A stretch of DNA of 64,000 bases from Candidatus Woesebacteria bacterium. GTDB taxonomy: Bacteria; Patescibacteriota; Microgenomatia; UBA1400; PJMF01. Position 1 is the first letter of the stretch, and every line of letters begins with the position of its first letter. The stretch lies in contig JASFHL010000001.1 in NCBI GenBank assembly GCA_050123235.1, positions 20,651-84,650 on the forward strand, written 5' to 3'. Below, one piece after another: positions 26,360-36,136 of the stretch. The notes under the pieces are model-generated. The model made no database searches. It had not been told where the DNA came from and was given only the letters and a program-made list of their open reading frames with translations. The position numbers were made by a program, and so were the translations under genes.

Positions 26360-28246
26360 ATGTCAAAACCTAAGCCAAAACAAGCTGATAATCTGCACGC
26401 TATGCGCCATACTGCGGAACATATTCTCACTATAGCTATGCAGCAACTCTATGGCAAGGAGACTATTCTTCCAGCTATGGGTCCGGCTACTGATGATGGT
26501 TTCTATTTTGATTTTGATAGTCCAGCAGATTTTAAATTAACAGCAGCAGATTTTCCTAAGATTGAGAAAAGGATGAAAAAATTAATTCAAGCTGATTTGC
26601 AAATGCATGGTATGAAGCTTGATATTGCTGTAGCTAAAAAAGTTTTTGTAGACAATCAATACAAACAAGAATGGCTCAGCGAGATTGAAGCTAAAAACGA
26701 AAAAGCTTCTGTGTATTTAACAGGTAGTAAAGAACAATTAGCAGCTGATTTGAAAGTATTAGATGAATTATCACACAATATGAAAAAGGTCAAAGCCAGT
26801 AAAAGAGTTTCAGCCAAAGCTAAGAAGCAACAAGGTCAAGTAGTTGAACTAAAATCTTTTATCGATCTCTGTAGCGGTCCCCATGTGTCTTCTACTAAAG
26901 AAGTGAAGGCAATTAAACTTCTTTCCATTGCTGGGGCTTACTGGCGCGGTGATGAAAAAAATAAAATGCTGACTCGTGTTTATGGCACAGCTTTTAATTC
27001 TCAAGCAGAGTTGGATGAATATTTAAAAATGCGCGAAGAAGCTGAAAAGAGAAACCATCGCCGTATTGGTAAAGAATTAGAACTATTTGCTGTGTTTCCA
27101 GAAATTGGACAAGGTTTACCAGTTTGGTTGCCTCGTGGTTATGCCATGCGTCGGGCCATTGAAGACTATATGATTCAACTTGAGAGAAGCTATGGCTATA
27201 CTCATATCTTAACACCACACATTAATCGTAAGGAATTATTTGAAACTTCTGGCCATTTAGGATTTTATGATGAGTCAATGTATCCACCTCTAGAGTTTGA
27301 TAATGAAGTTTATTATCTCAAACCCATGAACTGTCCAGCAGGGATGATGGTTTATAAAATGAAGCCTAGAAGTTATCGTGACTTACCAATGAAAATGGGT
27401 GAATTAGGAACTGTTTATCGCTATGAGCAATCTGGTGAGTTGCATGGTTTACAAAGAGTGAGAGGTTTTACGCAGAATGATGCTCATATTTTTTGTACAG
27501 CTGAACAATTGGATAATCAACTCAAGGAAGTAATGGCAATGCTTAAAGTCTTTTATAAAGATGTGGGCTTTGATAAATATAGTTTCCGTCTGTCTTTATC
27601 TGATCCTAAAAAAGATAAATACAAGGTTTGTGGTAAAAGAGAAGATTGGGTTAAGGCAGAAGCTGCACTTAGAAAGATGTTAGAAGATGAAGGGGTGGAA
27701 TATGAAGAGGCTATTGGTGAAGCAGCCTTTTATGGGCCAAAGATTGATGTCCAAGCGATTAACGTTTTCGGCAAGGAAGATAGTATTTCTACCATTCAAG
27801 TAGATTTTAATTTACCAGAAAGGTTTGATCTTAATTACATTAACAGTAAAGGTGAGAAAGAGCGTCCTTTTGTGATCCACCGGGCTTTGGTAGGCTCATT
27901 TGAACGTTTTTTTGCATTTTTAATCGAACATCATGCTGGGAGATTCCCATTTTGGTTTGCCCCAGTACAAGTCAAAGTTTTGCCAATTGCAGATAGACAT
28001 CATGATTATGCGAGAGAAGTAGTGAAACAGTTGATTGAACAAAAAGTTAGGGTAGAACTGGATGACAGATCAGAGACTTTAAATGCTAAGATTCGCAGTG
28101 CTCAAATAGAACAAGTGCCATACATGTTGATTGTGGGTGATAAGGAAGCTGAGTCTAAGAGCGTAAATGTGAGGGAGAGAGATAGTGGGGAACAAGAAAC
28201 AGTAGTGCTAGATAAATTTATTGAAAAAATAGGAAAAGAAGATTGA
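26360..28246 (+). CDS. thrS: Threonyl-tRNA synthetase
   Basis: Class II aaRS. Motif 1 HRRIGKELELF, HIFCTAEQ, C-terminal anticodon-binding domain. ATG at 26360 has an RBS (aaaaggaaaatt) 7 nt upstream. The longest ORF begins at 26303. Confidence 0.85.
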   Translation: MSKPKPKQADNLHAMRHTAEHILTIAMQQLYGKETILPAMGPATDDGFYFDFDSPADFKLTAADFPKIEKRMKKLIQADLQMHGMKLDIAVAKKVFVDNQYKQEWLSEIEAKNEKASVYLTGSKEQLAADLKVLDELSHNMKKVKASKRVSAKAKKQQGQVVELKSFIDLCSGPHVSSTKEVKAIKLLSIAGAYWRGDEKNKMLTRVYGTAFNSQAELDEYLKMREEAEKRNHRRIGKELELFAVFPEIGQGLPVWLPRGYAMRRAIEDYMIQLERSYGYTHILTPHINRKELFETSGHLGFYDESMYPPLEFDNEVYYLKPMNCPAGMMVYKMKPRSYRDLPMKMGELGTVYRYEQSGELHGLQRVRGFTQNDAHIFCTAEQLDNQLKEVMAMLKVFYKDVGFDKYSFRLSLSDPKKDKYKVCGKREDWVKAEAALRKMLEDEGVEYEEAIGEAAFYGPKIDVQAINVFGKEDSISTIQVDFNLPERFDLNYINSKGEKERPFVIHRALVGSFERFFAFLIEHHAGRFPFWFAPVQVKVLPIADRHHDYAREVVKQLIEQKVRVELDDRSETLNAKIRSAQIEQVPYMLIVGDKEAESKSVNVRERDSGEQETVVLDKFIEKIGKED

Positions 28247-28299
28247 TAATTTAAAGGTTTGGGGAAATCTTGGCGGAAAAAAGTAGACAGTTATAAATT

Positions 28300-28989
28300 T
28301 TACTCAATCGCTACTTTTACACTAGGGCTCATACTGGCCGCGAGAGACATTTTGCTAATTTTGCCTTTTAAAGCTTTTATCAAAGCTTGAACATTTTCTA
28401 GCAAAGCTTTGCTGTCCATCGAGACTTTACCAACAGTGACATGCATAAGTGGTGCTTTTTTTTCTGTTTTGATAGTCATTTTGCCAGCTGCTAATTCTTT
28501 TTTCTTCAGTTCTGGATTGGGAGTGAGAGTGCCATTTTTAGGATTGGGCATCAAACCTTTTGGCCCAAGAATTTTGGCAAATTTGGTAATTTTGGGCATA
28601 TCTTGAGGAGTTGCTAAGAGTACGTCAAAGTCAATTTGATTATCGTTGATTTTTTTTAACACTGCTGGGGAGACAATGGCCACTTTAACAGTTTGGCCAG
28701 TAGCGTGAGGAAAGTTTAGTTCTGCCTTTTCTCCTGGTTTTTTAACTACTAAAGCAGCAGTGATAGTGCCATCAAATTTAGAATAAGAGAGTTTTTTGAC
28801 CAATTCTACAGCTGTGGCCAGATCATAAGCTTTACTTTTATCTATCTGACTACGAGTTGCTTGATATTTTTTACTACGGATTTTTTTCTTGATAACTTTT
28901 TTTTTCTCGACTTTTTTTTCTTCACTTGCTTTTACAATCTTAACTTTAGTATTTGAGCTGGACATGTCAACGTTTTTTTTGCTTCCCAT
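28300..28989 (-). CDS. rplA: 50S ribosomal protein L1
   Basis: 229 aa. LGPKGLMPNPKNGT and the lysine-rich N-terminus. Confidence 0.9.
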   Translation of the reverse strand: MGSKKNVDMSSSNTKVKIVKASEEKKVEKKKVIKKKIRSKKYQATRSQIDKSKAYDLATAVELVKKLSYSKFDGTITAALVVKKPGEKAELNFPHATGQTVKVAIVSPAVLKKINDNQIDFDVLLATPQDMPKITKFAKILGPKGLMPNPKNGTLTPNPELKKKELAAGKMTIKTEKKAPLMHVTVGKVSMDSKALLENVQALIKALKGKISKMSLAASMSPSVKVAIE

Positions 28990-29000
28990 ATTATCCTTTT

Positions 29001-29423
29001 TTAAGCTATTTCCACTCCCATACTTTTTGCTGTACCTGTAACAATTTTCATTGCCTGATCAAGATCATTAGTGTTAAGATCAGGGAGTTTTTTTTTTGCA
29101 ATTTCTTTTAATTGTGCAGAACTAAGTTTCCCAACTACATCAGTTTTTGTTTTTTGACTACCCTTTTTTAATTTTAGAGTTTGTTTAATCATAGCTGATA
29201 CTGGAGGCAACTTTAGTTCAAAAGTAAAAGATCGATCTTGATAAACTGTAATCTCAGCTGGAATGATTTGCCCTCTTTTATCTTTGCTTTTATCATTATA
29301 TTGTTTTAGAAAATCCATCATGTTGATTCCAGCTTGGCCCAGAATAGGTCCAACAGGAGGAGCTGGTGTAGCAGAACCAGCCGGTAGATTGAGTTTTAGA
29401 ATTTGTTTAACTTTTTTTGCCAT
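29001..29423 (-). CDS. rplK: 50S ribosomal protein L11
   Basis: 140 aa. MAKKVKQILKLNLPAGSATPAPPVGPILGQAGINMMDFLKQYN. Confidence 0.9.
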   Translation of the reverse strand: MAKKVKQILKLNLPAGSATPAPPVGPILGQAGINMMDFLKQYNDKSKDKRGQIIPAEITVYQDRSFTFELKLPPVSAMIKQTLKLKKGSQKTKTDVVGKLSSAQLKEIAKKKLPDLNTNDLDQAMKIVTGTAKSMGVEIA

Positions 29424-29484
29424 AAATAATGTTTTCTTTATTTTTCAGATTGTTATTCTAACACATAAGTCTTGCTTTTGTTCT

Positions 29485-30132
29485 CTAGACTTTAGTGACT
29501 TGTAAAAAGTCTAATTCCACAGGTGTTTCTCGGCCAAAGATGCTAATTAGCACTTCGATTTTGCCTTTTTCTTCGTCAATCGCTTTCACAGTGCCTAAGA
29601 AATCATTAAATGGTCCATCAGTGATTTTAACAGCTTCACCCTCACTGAAGTCTGATTTGTATTGAGGGGTAGCTTGAGCCATATATTTTTGAATAGCCTT
29701 AACTTCATGTTTTGGCAATGGGGTAGGGCGACTACTCATACCCACAAAGCCAGTCACCCCTTGAGTAGTTCTGACAGCCAACCAAGAATCATCAGCCATT
29801 TCCATTTGAATCAGCATATATCCAGGGAATATTTTTTCATTGACAGTTTTGCGTTGGCCTTTTTTAATTTGGATTTTTTCTTTGGTAGGAATCAAAACAG
29901 ACAGAATCTTATGAGTAAGATTAAGAGTTTCTGCTCTTTGTTTAAGCGTCTCAGCGACCTTTTTTTCGTGTCCTGAGTAGGCGTGGACTACATACCACTT
30001 GGCTTTAGGATTTTTAGCCTTGGAAATGATTACTAAGTTGGGATTTTCAATTTCTACTTCCTGGACTTCAGGAGGGCTGATTGCTTGATCAGTCACTTTA
30101 TCTGAGACTTGGGTTTTTGCTGTTTTTGCCAT
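29485..30132 (-). CDS. nusG: Transcription antitermination factor NusG (with ~45-aa N-terminal extension)
   Basis: 215 aa. NGN domain KWYVVHAYSGHEKKV. C-terminal KOW GEAVKITDGPFNDFLGTVKAIDEEKGKIEVLISIFGRETPVELDFLQV. Position between secE and rplK is canonical. Confidence 0.85.
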   Translation of the reverse strand: MAKTAKTQVSDKVTDQAISPPEVQEVEIENPNLVIISKAKNPKAKWYVVHAYSGHEKKVAETLKQRAETLNLTHKILSVLIPTKEKIQIKKGQRKTVNEKIFPGYMLIQMEMADDSWLAVRTTQGVTGFVGMSSRPTPLPKHEVKAIQKYMAQATPQYKSDFSEGEAVKITDGPFNDFLGTVKAIDEEKGKIEVLISIFGRETPVELDFLQVTKV

Positions 30133-30141
30133 AATATTTCT

Positions 30142-30327
30142 TTATCTGCTAATTAAAGATTTCATAATTGTATGAAAAACGAAATCAAGAGTACCGATAT
30201 AGCCGGCTACAATTAGGCTGACTAAAATGACTAGGAAAGTTTTATTGATAGTCTGTTTTTTATTCGGCCAAGTAACTTTTTTTATTTCGCTTAAAACTTC
30301 TTTGAAATATTTAATTAAATTTTTCAT
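30142..30327 (-). CDS. secE: Preprotein translocase subunit SecE
   Basis: 61 aa. EIKKVTWPNKKQTINKTFLVILVSLIVAGYIGTLDFVF (single TM). Located just upstream of nusG. Confidence 0.75.
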   Translation of the reverse strand: MKNLIKYFKEVLSEIKKVTWPNKKQTINKTFLVILVSLIVAGYIGTLDFVFHTIMKSLISR

Positions 30328-30457
30328 TTTATATTTTGCGTAAGAGCATATTGTAACAGATATTGCTTGTAGAGAGAAGGATCAGGACGAGGTCTTCATT
30401 TTAACTATATTGAGGATTGGCAAAACATGCTAGTTGTTCTGTTTAATGATAATTAAA

Positions 30458-33358
30458 CTATCCCTGGGGGGGTTTTACTCCCTTACTCTTCATTCTTTCC
30501 ATCATACTGGAAGCACCGTCACCTCCAGGCATATTACTAGCGGTACTTTGTCCTGGTTGAGCTGGGGGAGTACCTCCTGGGATACTTTTTGTTTGTTGGG
30601 CTTGAGGCCTTGTTATTGGGCCAGCTTGTTCTGGGGTAGCGCTGGTTTTAACTTGCGATCGAGCGCCCATTCCTACTCCTATTTTTTGGCCAGTTGAGCT
30701 TGGAGGTCTTTGGGTACTTTGGCTAGGTCTAGTACCTGTTAAAGGTTGAGCCTTTTTAATTTTATTTGGATCAATAGCCTTGGCTTTACCTTTTCTTGAT
30801 AATAGGAAAAGAAGCAAGAGTAAGAAGAAAAGACCAACAGCTCCAGTCGTTAATAGAACATTGGTGGAGATCCCTCTATCTTCCAAGTATTCTTTGAGAG
30901 CTTCTAAGGCTGTTTGCTCAGCAATTAACTCTTCTTCGGTTTCAACGCCAGTGCTGATAGGTTTATGAGTGATCTCTGGTGAAGGGGAAAGATCCAGAGT
31001 TACCTCAGCGGTTGGAGAAGCTTCTTCATCTTCAGTGCTACTGCCTTTACTGAGAGCAAGACATTCATCATTATCAGGGTTACTTGGATGACGGCACTGA
31101 TTATTGATGCACTCTAGAGCATAAGCACATTCACTATCATAAGTGCAAGATGAATTACAGCTGCCTGCAATCACATAATCAAGATAGCGAGTTTGATAGA
31201 TTACATTGCTAGTGGCTGGTTCTCGACAATAAATATCTTCTAGATTTTCTGGATTACGACAGCGGTTCCACCAGCATTCATAACCAGCAGCACATTCACT
31301 GGTATCAGCACAATATTCGTTACAGCTTCTATTCAACCCTTGGTCTGGAGGGTTAGCACAAATTTCGCTATTAGGATTGCTTGGTAAACGACAGCGACCG
31401 GAATAACAGGCTAGATTGGCATGACAGTCATGATTGCTGGAACAAGTTTCGTTGCAGAGTCGACCAGTATAAGCACCTTGGCCAGTACATCTTGGCATAT
31501 AAAAGACTGCATAATCACTGTGGCCATCTCGATAATGTAGTCTAATGTAATAAACAGTATCTGGTGAAAAATAAAAAGCATTTTGATCAGCATTGTTCCA
31601 GTAAAAGCCACTTCCTTGAGTAACTAGATATTCATAATATGAATAAGTATCATTCACGACATTTTTATGAGCAAATTCTCTGAAGTCAAGGTAAGGGCTG
31701 ATGTTAATCCAGTCTACATCTGGATATCGATTGCGATCCCAAATAATATAGAGAGATTCTCCAGCTGAATCAGCATACCAACAACTTTCATAGTTATAGA
31801 GGAAAAAATCAGTATTTGTTTGACAATATTCCCATTCATGAGGTCTTGCTGCTGACTCATACCACCAACAATTATCTGCTTGGTTTTCAGTACAAGTCCT
31901 ACTACGGATGTTGTTGTAACATTCACTCCAATCGCTGCAGCTATAGAGATCATATTGGCACTGAGGCATACAAGGTTCTGATTGCTCATAGCTGGCTGGG
32001 GAGCAAGTATCACTACTATTGGCAGTTAAGGTATATCGGAATTGCTGATAACCATCAATACATTCACTAATGGCATTGCGGTCATATTGGCAATATTGTT
32101 GATTTTGGCAATCATAAGTAAAGTCTAGATAAGTCCAGTTACTAAGGTCAGGGGTACAGGCATCGGCAGCGCTAACTGCTACTCTTAGATACCAAGTACC
32201 GTCAAGGACGTTATTGAAGTAAACCACTGGTTCAGTCACTCGATTATTGATGACATCATTGGGATTGTCAGCGTTGATTGCCTGGACTAGATACTCGCTG
32301 GCATTAGCTGTGGCTGGCCAATTAACAGCAAAGTTCATTGTTTGTCCATCGCCACTACAAGTAATGCTGTTGCTATAAAGGTAGAAATTACTTGGAGCAA
32401 CACAACTGGCTAAAGTTGGTTCTGTAGGTATAGGAGTGGCTGGTTGTTCTGGAAGACAAACTCCATTACTACAGCCGTGTTCACAAATACGTCTGTCATA
32501 ACTGATGCGTTCACCATCTAGGCAGAACCATTCATTAATATTGGCACCTTGGTCAACTGGATTAAGAGTATTCCAGTCATTAAAGCAAAAATCAGTACAA
32601 TTTCCACTAGGACAGCTATTTTCAAAACTGTTGGCGCCATTGCCAGTAACAGTACCTAATACTTCATAATTGCGGCCACCATCAGAATCAGTACATTCAA
32701 GCTGATCCACTACATAATATGACCAATCATCTGGCATCACTAATTCATCACTTACATCACCATGTCTGAGGGCATAAGAATGGATACCTTCTGAGAAGAG
32801 GAAATCAAACTGAGCATTACCAGAAGTTTGTGGATTAAATTCTAGTCTAGCAATGGTCCTGTAATCAGTACTTATAAAAGGAATATTAGGGTCATTGCTA
32901 ATAATCATTAGTTGGACAGTATAACAATCCCTACATTGAGCAGGATTGATAATTTGTTGAACAATAGTTAGACCAGAGTTAGGAGCTGATTGAAAATTAA
33001 GCCCATTGGGAAAAATTTGACCTTGATAATCACCAAGATCACCTTGGACTAAGAATTGAAGTTGAACACCATCAATGGCTGCACCATGAGTATTAACTTG
33101 TATGTCTAAACTGTTATTTTCTTCGCTTAGAAATTGATAGCCTGATACGGGATAGGTACTGATACTGACAGCTCCTTCTTGATTCCAGGCTGCTTTTCTA
33201 ATATCTTGGCTCGTTTGTAAATTTTTTTGTAAAAGGACAGAACTAATCGCTAAAAAAATGAATAGACAGATAGTAAAAAGACCAGCAAAAATAGATAGCT
33301 TTTGATTAAAGCTCATTTTTTTAAATTTTTGATAGTATTGTTTTGCTTTTTTTTTCAT
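30458..33358 (-). CDS. Large Cys-rich surface protein with N-terminal signal anchor, C-terminal TM and P/Q-rich cytoplasmic tail
   Basis: 966 aa. >60 Cys in repeated C-x-C contexts (CSDWSECYNNIRSRTCTEN, CSSNHDCHANLACYSGRCRLP, CADTSECAAGYECWWNRCRNP). TM LTTGAVGLFFLLLLLFLL near the C-terminus, then a P/Q/G/S-rich tail. Confidence 0.6.
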   Translation of the reverse strand: MKKKAKQYYQKFKKMSFNQKLSIFAGLFTICLFIFLAISSVLLQKNLQTSQDIRKAAWNQEGAVSISTYPVSGYQFLSEENNSLDIQVNTHGAAIDGVQLQFLVQGDLGDYQGQIFPNGLNFQSAPNSGLTIVQQIINPAQCRDCYTVQLMIISNDPNIPFISTDYRTIARLEFNPQTSGNAQFDFLFSEGIHSYALRHGDVSDELVMPDDWSYYVVDQLECTDSDGGRNYEVLGTVTGNGANSFENSCPSGNCTDFCFNDWNTLNPVDQGANINEWFCLDGERISYDRRICEHGCSNGVCLPEQPATPIPTEPTLASCVAPSNFYLYSNSITCSGDGQTMNFAVNWPATANASEYLVQAINADNPNDVINNRVTEPVVYFNNVLDGTWYLRVAVSAADACTPDLSNWTYLDFTYDCQNQQYCQYDRNAISECIDGYQQFRYTLTANSSDTCSPASYEQSEPCMPQCQYDLYSCSDWSECYNNIRSRTCTENQADNCWWYESAARPHEWEYCQTNTDFFLYNYESCWYADSAGESLYIIWDRNRYPDVDWINISPYLDFREFAHKNVVNDTYSYYEYLVTQGSGFYWNNADQNAFYFSPDTVYYIRLHYRDGHSDYAVFYMPRCTGQGAYTGRLCNETCSSNHDCHANLACYSGRCRLPSNPNSEICANPPDQGLNRSCNEYCADTSECAAGYECWWNRCRNPENLEDIYCREPATSNVIYQTRYLDYVIAGSCNSSCTYDSECAYALECINNQCRHPSNPDNDECLALSKGSSTEDEEASPTAEVTLDLSPSPEITHKPISTGVETEEELIAEQTALEALKEYLEDRGISTNVLLTTGAVGLFFLLLLLFLLSRKGKAKAIDPNKIKKAQPLTGTRPSQSTQRPPSSTGQKIGVGMGARSQVKTSATPEQAGPITRPQAQQTKSIPGGTPPAQPGQSTASNMPGGDGASSMMERMKSKGVKPPQG

Positions 33359-33406
33359 TATTCTTAATTTAAATTAATTTTCCATCTCTTTTTTTAATCT
33401 TAATAT

Positions 33407-34549
33407 TTAAGGAGGTGGAGTGTAAGTAGGTGAAATACAACTCTGTCCCCATTGATTGACTAATGCTGAATAATCCCAGATATTAACCGTAGCATCTGCT
33501 TCTCCATTTGGCCCGCTAATATCTGCGGCTGGATCATTAGAAAAAAATCTAGCTACCAAAAAAGCATAGTCATCTTGGTTTACCACTCGATCACCTGTGA
33601 AGTCAGCAGTAAGATAATCACAATCTACTTCTTCACCAACAGTAATTTGAACAGCAGCAGTAGTCTCAGCACCCCATTCGTCAGTGACGGTTAGAGTGAC
33701 ATTGTAAGTACCACTTCCGCGGTAGGTGTGGTCAGGATTTTGTACAGTATTTTCTAAACCATCATCATAGTGCCATAAATAAGTAATATCATCACCATCA
33801 GGATCATAAGAGCCATCACTGCTAAATTGGACAGTTAAAGGGGCGCTGCCAGAAGTAGGACTGGCGGAAATTTGTACCACAGGAGCCTGATTTCCGGCTG
33901 GTGGAGTGATACCACTGACAGTAATTCTGACAGTATCAGTGTCACTTTCTCCATCAGGATCAGTGACAGTAAGAGTTACATTATATACTCCAGCTTCGGC
34001 AAAGGTGATATTAGCATTTTGACGATAAAGGATAGTGCCATTATCAAAATCCCAAGCAAAAGTTATTCGATCGTCATCTGGGTCATGTGAACCAGCTCCA
34101 TTAAAATTGACAGCTAATGGGGCAGCCCCAGAAGTAGGATTAGCTATAGCCACTGCCACTGGGGGACGATTTTCTATAGGAGGGGGAGTGCCTCCTGGTG
34201 CTGTAGGACGGACGGTAGGAGTGGCTGAGCCTGCTGTAGGACTAACGCTAGGACTCGGCTCCTGGGTAGGACTGGGGCTGGCTGAGCCTGCTGTGGGGCG
34301 AGGAGTAGGGCTGGTTGGAATTGGAGGAGGAGTTGCAGTAGGAACCACCTGAGCCATTTTTCTTAATTCTTGTCTTTTTTGAACTAAATTTACTACAGCT
34401 ATCATTCCTAAGACTAAAGGTAGTAGTAAAAATATGGCAGATAAGCTTCTGATAGGGGTTCTATATTTTTTTGAGTAACGAAGAAAGTCTTTTTTGAAAG
34501 ATTTTACAAAATTTTTAGAATTAAAAGACTTTGGCATTGTTTTTTGCAC
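33407..34549 (-). CDS. Membrane-anchored PKD-domain protein with Pro/Thr linker and dockerin-like C-terminal repeats
   Basis: 380 aa. Two PKD-like units (APLAVNFNGAGSHDPDDDRITFAWDFDNG ... YNVTLTVTDPDGESDTDTVRITV; APLTVQFSSDGSYDPDGDDITYLWHYDDG ... YNVTLTVTDEWG). C-terminal DFTGDRVVNQDDYAFLV / DISGPNGEADATVNIWDYSALV resemble dockerin Ca-binding repeats. Confidence 0.65.
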   Translation of the reverse strand: MQKTMPKSFNSKNFVKSFKKDFLRYSKKYRTPIRSLSAIFLLLPLVLGMIAVVNLVQKRQELRKMAQVVPTATPPPIPTSPTPRPTAGSASPSPTQEPSPSVSPTAGSATPTVRPTAPGGTPPPIENRPPVAVAIANPTSGAAPLAVNFNGAGSHDPDDDRITFAWDFDNGTILYRQNANITFAEAGVYNVTLTVTDPDGESDTDTVRITVSGITPPAGNQAPVVQISASPTSGSAPLTVQFSSDGSYDPDGDDITYLWHYDDGLENTVQNPDHTYRGSGTYNVTLTVTDEWGAETTAAVQITVGEEVDCDYLTADFTGDRVVNQDDYAFLVARFFSNDPAADISGPNGEADATVNIWDYSALVNQWGQSCISPTYTPPP

Positions 34550-34730
34550 GCTATATCTAGAATACAGAGGTTTTTAACTGCTAGTCAAGCAGGAGTTTTA
34601 AGGTAGAGTAATCAAAAGCTGCTCTCACACTCTAAACTTTTCTGGACAATTAGTTAATGGTAATATATGAATAAATATGATAATTTCAATTGCTCAATAG
34701 AATGGAATTAAACAAAGAACTATTTCATAA

Positions 34731-35645
34731 TTGAGCTTTTATAAAAGGAATGACTCTATGACAGAAAAAAAAGTCAGAAAGGCGATTATCACTGATGCTG
34801 GCTTTGCTAGTAGATATTTGCCAATTACCAAAACTTTACCCAAAGCAATGTTGCCTTTAGGCAATAGACCAATCATGCAATTTATGGTTGAGGAGTGTAT
34901 GGAGGCTGGTATAAAAGAGGTTATTATTGTAGCTACACCCGAAGGAAAGCCGATTTATGAAGACTATTTTAATAATAGCGTCAACAGGATTCGCAAACAA
35001 CTAGCTGCTCAAGGTAAAGAGGATCGTTATCAACCAGTCCAGCATGTGCTTGATTATCCTAAGATTGTAGTAATTACCCAAGATCCAACTTTACCATATG
35101 GTAATGGTTCTCCAGTAGCTAGTGCCCAAAGATTTGTCGAAGGTGAAGAAGCATTTTTGGTGCTTTATAGCGATGATGTGGTTTTTGGCAAACAAGGTGA
35201 CGCTAGAACTTTAGTTGATGCTTATGAGAAAGATAGTGATGTTGAGGGGATTATTATGGCTCAAGAAGTCGATCCTCAAGTAGTAGATAAATATGGCATT
35301 ATTAGTTTTGTCAGTGGTTCTGAAGATGAATTGGATAATATTGTAGAAAAACCCGAACTAGATAAGGCCCCGTCCAACTTAGCTTCTTATGGCCGGTATT
35401 TGTTGAAACCTTCAATCTTTGAATTTTTAGATGTTAACAATATTGGCAAGGATAGTGAATTGTGGACAGTTGATGCTATTACTCAAATTGCTCGTACTAA
35501 AAAAGTGTTAGTAGAGAAAACTCAAGGCACTTGGATGACTACAGGTGATCCGGAAAATTATTTTAAAGCCCACCTTAAATTTGTGATTGAAGAAGAAAAA
35601 TATGGCAAAAATGTTAAACGATGGTTAAAAGAATTCTGTAAATGA
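34731..35645 (+). CDS. Sugar-phosphate nucleotidyltransferase (UTP-glucose-1-phosphate uridylyltransferase-like)
   Basis: 304 aa. N-terminal KAIITDAGFASRYLPITKTLPKAMLPLGNRPIMQFMVEECMEAGIKEVIIV is collinear with GalU [26 protein letters not shown]...P.IQY.V.E...AGI.EI..V, but the G-x-G-T-R motif is altered. Confidence 0.65.
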   Translation: MSFYKRNDSMTEKKVRKAIITDAGFASRYLPITKTLPKAMLPLGNRPIMQFMVEECMEAGIKEVIIVATPEGKPIYEDYFNNSVNRIRKQLAAQGKEDRYQPVQHVLDYPKIVVITQDPTLPYGNGSPVASAQRFVEGEEAFLVLYSDDVVFGKQGDARTLVDAYEKDSDVEGIIMAQEVDPQVVDKYGIISFVSGSEDELDNIVEKPELDKAPSNLASYGRYLLKPSIFEFLDVNNIGKDSELWTVDAITQIARTKKVLVEKTQGTWMTTGDPENYFKAHLKFVIEEEKYGKNVKRWLKEFCK

Positions 35646-35744
35646 ATAAAAACTTAAAATAATTTATAATTAAAAAGAAATAGTTAGCATTAGTTTGGTA
35701 TTGACTCTGAAAAAAGTAATGCCAAAAAAAGTAAAGAGTTACCT

Positions 35745-35900
35745 TAACAGCCAAATGTGAGGGGAAAGCAAATTTTCCTCAACAGCTCTCTTAAGGGTTT
35801 ATGGATTGTCTGGTTAAGCTGTGGCAAAACTGGCTTCCTACCCACCTGAATTATTCGGGGAAGCAGCTGCCCCTCACAATTGGTTGTTAAGGGTTTTTTT
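35745..35900 (+). ncRNA. Candidate small structured RNA with its own terminator (identity unknown)
   Basis: Long-range pairing tgtgagggg (35757-65) / cccctcaca (35869-77), internal hairpins, GGAAGCAGC motif, ends in a 9-T run. No ORF. ~100 nt downstream of the preceding gene and ~100 nt upstream of the tRNA-Thr/Tyr pair. Confidence 0.25.
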
Positions 35901-35996
35901 TTGTATAATAGAGTTTATTGCAAAATAAGAGTCTGAGTAGAAGGCTTATCAGTAGTAAATGTAGCTAATTAGATCTTATTTTGTAATAACGATAAT

Positions 35997-36070
35997 GCCT
36001 TTGTAGCTCAGTCGGTTAGAGCGCAGTCTTGGTAAGACTGAGGTCTCGGGTTCGACTCCCGACAAAGGCT
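35997..36070 (+). tRNA. tRNA-Thr (anticodon GGT)
   Basis: 74-nt cloverleaf GCCTTTGTAGCTCAGTCGGTTAGAGCGCAGTCTTGGTAAGACTGAGGTCTCGGGTTCGACTCCCGACAAAGGCT. Anticodon loop TTGGTAA. Confidence 0.9.
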
Positions 36071-36136
36071 CAGTGAATTGCTATGAATTACAAGATGGTT
36101 GTTCAGGGTTTTAGCTCGGCACAAATAGCTTTACTT

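Noticed and set aside
35745-35900. Assignment of the structured region as SRP (4.5S) RNA
   Set aside because: It contains GGAAGCAGC, but the motif sits next to the 3' closing strand, not at the apex of a long hairpin as in domain IV. There is no matching 5' strand. I kept it only as an unassigned candidate sRNA.
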